Source: Perkinsus olseni
Lineage: Eukaryota
NCBI GenBank assembly: GCA_013115125.1
Contig: JABANN010000223.1
Span: 1-50,660, forward strand
Length of the DNA: 50,660 nt
Direction: 5' to 3'
Part shown: in pieces, positions 12,035-25,990 of the stretch
Layout: each line of letters begins with the position of its first letter
Numbering within the stretch: position 1 is the stretch's first letter
Notes under the pieces: generated by a model
Told to the model about the DNA's origin: nothing
Databases searched by the model: none
Seen by the model: only the letters and a program-made list of their open reading frames with translations
Translations under genes and position numbers: made by a program

Positions 12035-13601
12035 TAATTCTGGCGACAGCGGCAGGATCGAGAACCCGGTTGACCCACCTATTCCCACGATAGCCGACTT
12101 GAAGGCTGCTCGGAAGTTGGCGCGTTGTAGGCGCACTAAGACGGCCAATCGCCTCCAGAGGGTGAAAGCATTGATTGCCGAATATGAGGGGCCAGTTGAT
12201 GGTGTAGAGTTGGAGGAGGATGAGGAGTACGCCAAGCTCCAGGAGGAGGAAGAGTCTCTGGAACCGCTCTTGATCGAGGCTCAGTTGGCGGCGGCTAATG
12301 CCGAGAGAGCCGTCTCGGATTGGCTTCGGGATGATTTGAGCCAGCGCCTGCCATCCCCGTCCTTGTCGGTGGGGCGTGAATCGCAGGCCTTCGTTACACC
12401 CGATGCGTTCGGGGACTCTCCGGGTCCGGCAGCTCACACCGACGGGAGACAAGCTCGCACCAATGCTTTGGTGACCGAGACTTCCCCGGCGTCTCCACCT
12501 CCCCCTGCTGCGGTTCCGCCTCCAATGGGAGTTTCCTCTGGCGTGACGTCCCTGGGACCGCAACCGTCTGTCAGGAGCCGTGTGTCGTCGTCCAAGGATG
12601 CGATAGGGAAGTTAGTTATACCGCACCTCTTGGATAAGTATGAGGTCTTGTCCCATATAAATATGTTCTGCCTTATCCTCTCGGACAATGGGTACGGCCA
12701 ATATGATGGTGAGAGGTTTGTCCCAGCTGAGCGGGAGACCACCATTGTTGTGCGGCTTCTGGAGACTCTCGACAAGTGTCCGGAAGTCCATGCGTTTGCT
12801 GAAAGCACTGCTCGGTCGTCGCAGTATGGGTGGGACCAGACCATTGATATCCTAAAAAAGCGGTTCGGCTCTAAGATCTCTCTCAGGGGCGAGGCGAATC
12901 GCCGTCTGAAGGCCTTGAGGTTCTTGGGTCCTTCGATGGCTGAAGGATTCAATCAGGAGGTGGTGGTTATTGCCAATTTGTGGCTGTCGGTCTACGGCAA
13001 GGAAGGTGCAGAAGTCCGGCATCTGGTGTCGCGTATTATGGGGAAGTTGCCCTATGAGGTCCGGCAGTTGGTGGTGGCATCGGTCCTGGATAAGTTACCT
13101 GAGAGCTGTGTGCACAGGTGGGATAATCATGTTCAGCTGCACGAGCATGCCAAGCATTTCCAAGAATCACCATCGGTGTGCCTGACCGAGATCATCTCTG
13201 TGGTATGTAAGTCTATGGAGATCACCGAATCCCTCAACCCCATGGAAGCTCAGAGGAGGCGCGATCCGGTGCGGAGGATCGCTGAGAGCGATCCGTCGAG
13301 GATGACCAATACCATGTTCGCCTCCAAGTATCCCGTCGGTGCTGTCTTGTATTTCAGGACTGACCAGAAGGAGGTGACGGATAGTCAGATCAAGGAGCAC
13401 TTCCGCAAGCTCGGGGCAAAGGATTCGATGGTGGTGCATCATTCCCACGGGCACATCTATGGATTGGCGGGATTCCCTACGGCGGCCGAGATGAAGACCA
13501 AGCTGGGCCAGGCGGCTTGTTCCGCTCTGGGGATCTGGGCTAGGCCTTTTTCATCTGCGGCGCGGGGAAACTACCAGAGGGCCTTCGAGAGCCGGCAGTA
13601 A
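11991..13601 (+). CDS. gag: retrotransposon Gag (starts inside the LTR)
   Basis: Long intron-free ORF. N-terminal coiled coil, Pro-rich linker and capsid-like WDQTIDILKKRFG. No CCHC knuckle. An in-frame ATG further upstream at 11862 also exists. Confidence 0.85.
   Translation: MSGVTQSAGTADGQHNSGDSGRIENPVDPPIPTIADLKAARKLARCRRTKTANRLQRVKALIAEYEGPVDGVELEEDEEYAKLQEEEESLEPLLIEAQLAAANAERAVSDWLRDDLSQRLPSPSLSVGRESQAFVTPDAFGDSPGPAAHTDGRQARTNALVTETSPASPPPPAAVPPPMGVSSGVTSLGPQPSVRSRVSSSKDAIGKLVIPHLLDKYEVLSHINMFCLILSDNGYGQYDGERFVPAERETTIVVRLLETLDKCPEVHAFAESTARSSQYGWDQTIDILKKRFGSKISLRGEANRRLKALRFLGPSMAEGFNQEVVVIANLWLSVYGKEGAEVRHLVSRIMGKLPYEVRQLVVASVLDKLPESCVHRWDNHVQLHEHAKHFQESPSVCLTEIISVVCKSMEITESLNPMEAQRRRDPVRRIAESDPSRMTNTMFASKYPVGAVLYFRTDQKEVTDSQIKEHFRKLGAKDSMVVHHSHGHIYGLAGFPTAAEMKTKLGQAACSALGIWARPFSSAARGNYQRAFESRQ
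12041..12058 (+). promoter_or_regulatory. primer binding site, probably tRNA-Ser
   Basis: TGGCGACAGCGGCAGGAT, 6 nt after the LTR. It is the complement of a tRNA 3' end ...ATCCTGCCGCTGTCG-CCA (G discriminator, Ser-like). Confidence 0.85.
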
Positions 13602-13630
13602 GCTCGGAGGCCCCCGTCATCGAGGCCGGC
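13565..13630 (+). promoter_or_regulatory. programmed -1 ribosomal frameshift signal (slippery heptamer + pseudoknot)
   Basis: G GGA AAC at 13565-13571 in the gag frame, a 7-nt spacer, then an 11-bp stem 13579-13589/13603-13613. Loop GCCGGC (13591-13596) can pair with GCCGGC at 13625-13630. The -1 frame is open into pol. Confidence 0.85.
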
Positions 13631-16600
13631 GATGCCACCCTGCACCATTCGTCGTCTTTCCCAACGTCCCTTCCTTCTGCTCCGGGACGATATGATTCTA
13701 CGTCTTGTGAACCGGCGTGCTATACATCGTTATTATGTGACGACTCTATTCAAGTCTCAGACACGACAGATCCGGATGTGGTGCCTGAGATCGTTGTTAA
13801 AGCTCGGTTGGCGGGAATAGTGGTCGACTGTATTATTGATTCTGCATCGGGATTTTCTTACCTATCTTCGTATGACTTACCTAATATCCCTCTGGCCCCC
13901 TTGGAAGTTGTTCGGCCCACGGCGGCCAGGGTTGCTAACGGAGTGGTGGTTCGTATCCACCAGTATATCTCCGGGGAGCTCGAAGTCTCCCACTGTCATA
14001 ATGATCATATTGTATGTAAGTGTATTGTTGAGGTTCGTATCCTCCCTTGTAAGAGAAGTCTGGGAGCACGTGGTCTCCCTGCCGTCCTTGTAGGACGGGA
14101 TTTGATGTCCAAGCTCAGTATACGGGTCGAAGCCCATCGGTGTACTTGTCAAGGTCAACTCGTCTACGATAGTAACGGCGAAGATGTTAATTGTATCACG
14201 TCTCTTCTTGAGTCCGACTTGGTCTGTCGTCTGGTTGAAACCCTACACGGCAGTTCGAGTGGCCCAGTATCCCAACTCTCGGAGTTCGTAGAGCTCGCGG
14301 TCTCCGATGTGCAGAAGGGAACTGCCTTGAAGTATTGTGAGGCTCTCGGAGAGCGCCTTCCCTTTCAGGGAGATCAGCGCGGTTACTGTGCCGCGTTGCT
14401 GCCTTTCTGCCCTGATGTGGAAAAGAAATTCCCTAGCTATCAGCAGTATTTCTGGGAGATATGCTGTCCTCGTCCAGGTCCAACTAGGCGCCCTCACTTG
14501 TATGCCGATAAGATGTACCGGCAGCTGACTCTGGAAGGCCGGCAGTTGTATCAGGAACTGGTCAACAAGTACGTGGCTCGAGGACATTGGCAGCCTATCT
14601 CCAAGCCCCATACCGACGCTGCGGCTGAGGTTTTCTTGACGGGGTCCCCTTCGAAGGGGAGACTCGTTTGTGATTTTCGGTGCTTGAACAGCACTTTGCC
14701 TAGAAGCTCTACTTCTGGGATTCTTATACCTGTACTTATGTGCTGCCTGCGCCTCCTCAGGCCGGCGGTACTGGTGGTGGCGGACTGTCACAGTGCGTTC
14801 TATATGTTGAGGCACTGTAACCACGAGGGGTGTTTGAATGAGGTTGAGCTCCACACCGGCGACGGTAGGTATTATTCCTCCAAATGCGTATGTTTCGGGG
14901 TCTTGCATGGCCCCGAGTCATTGGAGTGTAGCTTGGGTCGGCAGATAGAGAAGGTGCTGGAAGAACCCCCTGAGACTGTACAGGCCGGTGGCATTGCTAA
15001 GTTTGTTGATGATCTCACCCTTGCCTTCAGCGCTGCTGATGCAGCTAGGTGCCCCGCTGTTGTCGCTACCATCATCTACTTCCTCGGGTTGTGTGGCTTC
15101 CTCTGTTCTTTGAAGAAGTTCGCGGTCATCGTCCAGGCGGCCTGGACCAGGCCGCGGTGGCTGATCTTCTGGGGGCCTTGTCTGAGTTTGTCCTCCCCGA
15201 GGGGTCGATGCTGGGCGTGCGGGTCACTTTTGATGATGACTACTTATGCTTCCGTTGTGATCAGGCTGATCGTCTTAAGGAGGCCCAAGCCATTCTCGAG
15301 GATTCAAGTTGGAGTAAGTCACAAGTGTATGCGGCCTGTGGCGCGGTCGGGTATGATCCGCTCGCCTTGCACGGTGAGCTGAAGCCACTCTGCGACGCCA
15401 CTCGCCGCTTGTTTGGAGCGTGCTTTACGAAGGCCAGCTGGTCTCAGCGGTTGCAGAAGGCTGACTTCAACGAGGCACAATGGCGATGTTGGAATGAGTT
15501 GCAACATCACTTGTCTACGGCCATAAAAGGTTTACTGACTCAGCCGTGTGAGCACAAGATCCGGTTGTCGCAGGAGCCCTTGAGGCTCATTCTACAGACG
15601 GATGCGTCGCTGTCAGGTGGCGGAGTCTTCATCACTGCCAGGTCACTCGATGGTTCGACGGTCTCTTTGATACGGGATGCCTTTGCTTGGAGTCCGCTCC
15701 AGCAGAGGTACCACTCTAACAGGAGGGAGATGTTAGCTCTTCATAGGGGTATCTGTTGGCTGAACCGAGTGTTGGCCGAGTTCAAGTCCATGTCATTCAA
15801 GTCGTCATCATTCCCTCTGTTGCCGCCGGTGATATAGTCTGATAACAAGGCGACGGTGCGCCTCTGCCTGTCTTCAGCCTCTACACTCAAGATCACTGCT
15901 GTCGAGAGAAATGCCTTGTTCCGTATTGTTTCGGCCATAGGCAGTGAGTTGGCTGAGATTCGAGCACTCTGCGGCTGCTATGAGATTGAGCATGTGGCAG
16001 GACAGGCGAACCATGAAGCTGACCGGTTGAGCCGGGTTTTGAGTGTACCAGTCCGTGGTGAGTCTGCCAAGCCGCTTTTCCAGCTCCTGAATGAGGCCGT
16101 CGGTGGTAACGAAGTGCCGGTCATGGACGACGTCTTCGAACTTGCCGAATTCTTGCATTCTCGGGTCAACCATGATCTGTGCTTCGCCTTCTGTGGAGAA
16201 GGATGCCCACGGCCGACTGATGACGAACTCTACGTCCAGGCCCCGTGTCATCCCGATGAAGATTCGCTGAGGCGGGTAGCAGAGATCTATCCGGCTTTCA
16301 ATGTCCTCGAAGCTGTTGAGTCGTTCGTCGATAGGTGTTGTGCGGTGGTTTTTAGGGCCTGAGAGCCCTGGTCAGTCCCCAAGGGACCGTGCCCGGTGCC
16401 GCCTCACCCTACGCCTCAGGAGTTTATGCTGGGGAATGGGACAGGCTTGCCGGTTAGTGCGGGTTACTAAGTGGTGTCTGAGGGCCTGGTTCACTGCAGC
16501 CTGCACTACTGAAGGTCGCGGAAATCGTTGTCGGTCTCGTCATTTCGAGCCGTTCCCACAGCACTGGGAAAGACAGGACCTGGTGGACTGGCTCCGGGTC

Positions 16601-17926
16601 GACCAACAGAGTAACCCCAGACTACCATGCAGAGTTGTGGACCTCGGCGAGTCGGGTGATGTTGTTGCAGTAGGATCTGGTCCATATTACAGGATCGACG
16701 GCGTTGTCTACCTGCGATCTACAAAGGCGAACGGTGTGGTATGCTTTAGAGCCGTGGTGGACGGCGTACTGAGAGACATGATACTTCGTGATCTCCATCG
16801 TGCTAACCGTCATGGGAGTGTTGAAACTATGTGTGACAAGTTCACCAACGCCTTCCATGCGTCCGGGATACGCCGCGCGGCCTCGGCTATCAAGAAGCAT
16901 TGCGCCATCTGTGCTCGCCTGAATGCTAGGTTCGCTAAGGGTTGGCTGGTTCCGTGCGGAGGACCTTATCATGATATCAGGGCATTGTTGTCGATGACAC
17001 CTTATACTGTGGTCGGCATTGACTTTGTGATCATCGCCCCATCTGTTAAGGTGATGATCGGTGCTTGTATTGCTACTCGGCATGTGACTCTGTTGTACGC
17101 GGCCAAGGAGGACTCCAACACCGCGGTGTCTCTGATCCACGAGCTGTCCCTTTTGAGGGGTTTGCCCGTGGAAGTGTTCTCCGACCGGGCGTCCTACTTT
17201 CGATCAGTCACCTTTCAGAGTGGCATGGAGCGGATGGGGATAAAAGTTTCTTACCTGGCTTCTCATAGCCCGTTCGAGGGCTCGGTGTACGAGCGAAGGA
17301 ACAGGGAGCTTAAGCGGGTGCTCCGTTACTTGTTGGAGCTTCCGTCGGTCAAGAAGTTGCTGAGACATTTCGACCCTGACTCGGTGGAGCACGTCCGTCG
17401 TCTTCGGTTGGTGTTGTTGGAGATTGAGTTGATGGTCAACCAACGTCCTCTCGGATTGGTGGATACAGGCGCCGAAGTGCGGACTATCTCTCCTGATAGC
17501 CTTTGTTACGGCTACGCCAGGAGAACCGACCAGGTGGCCGATCCGGGGATAGCGATCTTCGCATCCCCTACTGATGAACCAGAAGATGATGGTGATGTTG
17601 ACGGTATCCTAGGCTCGGTGTCGCCCTATACGAGCCGCCCGGGTGTACGTCCCAGTCCGATCGCAGACGCTGCTCCCAAGCGACTGTCGGCGATCCGCAA
17701 CAGTTTCCTTTCTTTTCATTTTCAGTACTTGAAAGATCGATCTGATAAGGCCATGGCGCGTGGTGCTCCTCAGTCGTCAGTGATGCCACTTTTTGGCAAG
17801 GACGATCTGGTATTTGTCCGCGCTGGTAAATCTGACATTGTTGTTGTCTCTTTGCGCATGCGTATTTTGCGCTTGCGTGCGGAGATGGGGATTGAGTCAG
17901 CTAAAGTCTTATACCTCCTCTTCTGA
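13565..17926 (+). pseudogene. pol: retrotransposon Pol (protease, RT, RNase H, integrase) with two frameshifts and one stop
   Basis: PR IIDSASGFSYL. RT GRLVCDFRCLN / ADCHSAFY / FVDD. RH QTDAS, REMLAL, HVAGQANHEADRLSR. INT H-H-C-C plus GIDF / SDRASYF / YERRNR. Lesions at ~15130 (-1), TAG 15835-15837 and ~16350 (+1 in a T5 run). Confidence 0.9.
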
Positions 17927-17971
17927 TATGTCTGGTGTTACACAGTCGGCGGGGACAGCGGATGGGCAACA
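17833..17971 (+). repeat. 3' LTR
   Basis: Identical to 11896-12034 and ends in CAACA. Confidence 0.9.
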
Positions 17972-18232
17972 AGATCAACTTGATATTATCAACTTATGCG
18001 TTTTCGAAAGTGCTAACGAGGTTTTAAGACGCCCTAACGAGGGAGCGGGCTTCTCGAGTAGCCCTCTTGTAACCTACCGCGAGGAGAGGCTGTTTGGGGG
18101 GTCTTCCATGACTGGAGCATTGGAATTTTTACGCCAGCGGGAAGCGACGGTTTTGTTCCCCCATGGGGTTCCACTTGACAACTCGATGCATTTGAGTGCA
18201 GAGAAACTACACCAAAACCGAAAACACAAACG

Positions 18233-20725
18233 CTAGTCTTTTTTATTTTCAGTCGACACTCTTAACAGCTGCTCGTTCTTCAACGCCAGTAGGGCGCCGG
18301 CAGCCAGTAAAGCCTGACGAAGGGAGTCCGCAGGAAGCGGAGGCTGTTGAGGCACTTACAGAACAAGTAGCGAATACTGTGGATTCGTCCATGCTGCCCA
18401 CACTAGTGCAGATCTTGGCAACGACCACGTTGAGGGGTATCCGATAGAGGTTGAACATAGTAGCGCGAATTGACGCTGGTACGATGCCTGAGGGGAAGCT
18501 GTCGAACACGAGGCCGAGCGTTGAGCTGCCTCACTCGATCGTATTGAATAGTGAGTTGGGAAGTAGACACCACAGCAAGCTTCGAAGATGCAGAAGGCCA
18601 GCAGCCTTCGCATGGGTGATGCTGTGAGGCAAGGGACCTAACAGGGCTCCATAAACGATGGCGGGAGGACACAACGTGAACGTACTGCCAAGGCGGCCGC
18701 AGCAACGAGAAGAACATAAGGCAGGACACTGGGAAGTCGAAGCGATCGGCTCTGAAAAGGTAGAGGTCGAGTTCCCACGGCGGAGGTGATCCGCTGCTGC
18801 TCACGGTGATGCTTTCGAATACTTCACTTCCGATCATCATTGCTATCATAAAATCAGTGAATACTGTGCCAGGGTCCATAGATTCGGGCAGGGCCGGCGT
18901 CCACATGAATACGAAGACGTACATAGCGGACTCGAAACAGGACTGATCAACGACGATGATGACGATGATAGAAACCTAGACGAATGCACCTACCTGCACT
19001 AGACCGCAAAGAAGGACACTTGGCTGCGCCAGAGCAACCTTGAGGGCCTCCGCCATCGCCCGCATCATCCCCGAGAACGGAGATGACGGAGCAGTCGCTG
19101 TGGGGCTGCCGCCGTGATTTTCGTTCCTGAAAATGACGAGCTCTTCAGAGGCAGCTTTCACGCGCTGTGAACCCTCCCACCAGAAGAGGATTATCATCAC
19201 GCCGCACACAACCAGCGTGAAGGCAGAGAGCTGGAAGGGCCCGATCGGACCGTATTTGACAGCGGCAAAATGGGAGAGCACTCCGGCCACGATCGCCGCC
19301 GTTCCGTTACCTACACGAGGATAGTACAGACAGGAGCTGGCGAGCAGCACACCAGTGGGCACCTAGAGTGGCCTTCGCGAAGGTATCATTCAAAGACTTC
19401 GCATCGAAACCCCGCACTGCGTGCTCTTCCAACATCCATGCTTCGAATACCGAGAAGAGGAGCGAGGTGGAGACCCCACCTAGGAAGCTGAAAGCAGTTG
19501 AATTGGCCGCGGGAGAGGCGATCCGGCTTACCGGCCGAGCAGCAGGACGTAGAAATGACGAGAATGGTAGAGCAGGCAGGCTAGAGCATAGAGGATGCAG
19601 TACCTGACGGGGAGTATTGCCACGGTTGCCCGGCGGGTGCGGTGGAATACATAAGACATGCCTTCTTCCGACCAAAGGAATCAGCCAAACCACCGACGAA
19701 CATACCGAAGACACCGGACGTGAGGAAACCAACGATGAAGAGGGAGCCTGATAAGGGAGACATGCAGCTCAATGGCCATCATCGATACGATCAACAGAGG
19801 CGCGTATGAATGATACCGAAAACACGAGCAAACCACTGGTTCGCACGAGGGAGAGTATGAGCAAGGGCTAGAGCCTATACTTCTCCAGGGAATCTCCCTC
19901 TGGAGAGCCGCCATCGCCGGTACCGAGCGTTGAGAGCTTCTCTTCATACTGATCGCCTCCAGCTGGCGTCGTTCATCGAGGTTGGCATTAGCTCCGCTGT
20001 AGAGTAATAGTATGCAATAGATTACGTGGCACATTCAGTTCACTTCTCACTGGTTTTCTAACCCGCCCATCATTCGTCGCGATAGAAAGAGCATGTAAAG
20101 AATTAGCAGGGCGAGATCAAGAAACAAGCAGTTCAGAGACGGTCAATACGCGATTAAGCGAGCCATAGCCCACCCGAAGATGCAGGAAGAGTCAATAAAC
20201 TAATACCATATTTCAGAAAAGACTCTGCAACCGCAATTTCCGTGCAAAAATCACTTCCTGAATCGGCAATGGGTTTCAAAATTCGTTTATCGAGCAGAGG
20301 GCTAGTATCACCACACGATCGAGTCCAACATGGACCTCTGGCTCATCTACCCATCAGCAACGTCCTCCCGCAGTAGTACCTATATCCTCAATGCTGTATC
20401 CATAGGATCGGTACAGGGCGTAGACGAATGGTCCCTGCAGCCAGTCCGCCAACACCGCTAGGAGGTAGACGCCGAGATAGACGAGTTGGAAGCGATGGAA
20501 CTCCTCATTGCCGGCACTCCCACTGCTGCTGCTGCTGTCTTTCGTCTGAAGGATACCACTATGTGTGTGAGTTCGAGTTGCCTTCCCCCTGACTACCACC
20601 GAGGATCGAGGTCGTAGGGTGCTGTTATAGAGAGGTTTGGCCGCACACAGGGCAGCTAGGAACACACAGAGGGCGCTCTCGGTAGGCAGGGATGGCCATG
20701 GGGAGAACACCGACGAAATCGTCAT
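18233..20725 (-). CDS. MFSD5: MFS molybdate-anion transporter family (MFSD5/MOT2)
   Basis: Motifs ADWLQGPFVYALY, GGLADSFGRKK, GGVSTSLLFSVFEAWM, FESAMYVFVFMWTP, IFEACCGVYFP and RATMFNLYRIPLN. Multi-exon. Confidence 0.9.
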
Positions 20726-21487
20726 CTAGTAATCAAAGTTCGATTATGGAACCCAAACGGCGGTAATAATCACGCACAGTGCAGAGCGTATCTCTCAGTA
20801 CGAAAATTCTAATGGTTTCCTGCACAGAGCCCCGCCTCTACTCGTACCTTAACTATTTCTAGTCGCCAAAGTTTACGATTCTTACGCAGTACTGGTGGGC
20901 GAGCGCCGAATGAAGAGTAAGATGCGCACTAATGGCGCTCAGTGAACCAACCCTGAGACTCGGCGCAAGAGGAAGGCAGTCGAAGTTGAGGTCTCGAACG
21001 CGTTTTGGCTGACTTCGCTTCGGGGGAGTTCCGCTCTCGAGTTTGAGGAATTTCAATTGAATACTCCCTCAGGATTGCGATCACTTTTGATGTATTGAAA
21101 ACGAATCCCAGAATGTTGTCAAGTGGATTGAGGTTAGCACCGGGAGAAGGGGTCATCATTACCATCTGGGAAAGGGGCAGGAGGGGGCCCAGGGCCTTGC
21201 CCTACAGAGACTACCAGAACGCAAGATTGTTGATAGGCAAGAGGCAACTAAATTTATTATTATCACATGCATTTACTTCCATGTAGTAAGTGCAGCAGAT
21301 AATAACAATAACGTTGCTCAACGGACTGGATGGGGGGCAGTAGGTCATAATTACCATCATCATCACGGGCAGCAGCTAAATAATAACAACAATAGTAGTA
21401 TTATCATTTCGCTACCACTGCGACGAAGGAAGGCTGTCAGCTACATTAGTAGTGGTAACAATAACAGCAGCAGCAACAACGCCACCA

Positions 21488-25746
<4,259 letters not shown>

Positions 25747-25990
25747 GGACAGGGTGATCCAAAGGCGAGAATAATGCTCTCACAGTGGATCGACGAACGC
25801 ACAGCGTCTGGCTCCCTTCACGCAAGCCGAACGAGAAGATGTTGTGGCACTAAGCTTCATGAAAACTTAGACACGTCAGTCAAGATCGAATGGATAGTTG
25901 ATAGAGTGATGATGACTACAAGGCAGCATGCCATGGCAATGCGGTGATGGGATGAAAGAAATGTCCGAGTTCACCCATGGCATTCGCATC

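Larger units (their letters stand above)
11896..17971 (+). mobile_element. LTR retrotransposon (gag, PR-RT-RNaseH-INT); pol disrupted
   Basis: Identical 139-bp direct repeats with TG...CA ends, a PBS, a gag ORF and pol motifs in the Gypsy/BEL domain order. Confidence 0.95.

Noticed and set aside
17793-18236. 147-aa ORF resembling the Gag N-terminus
   Set aside because: It is the 3' LTR reading into flanking DNA, not an independent gene.
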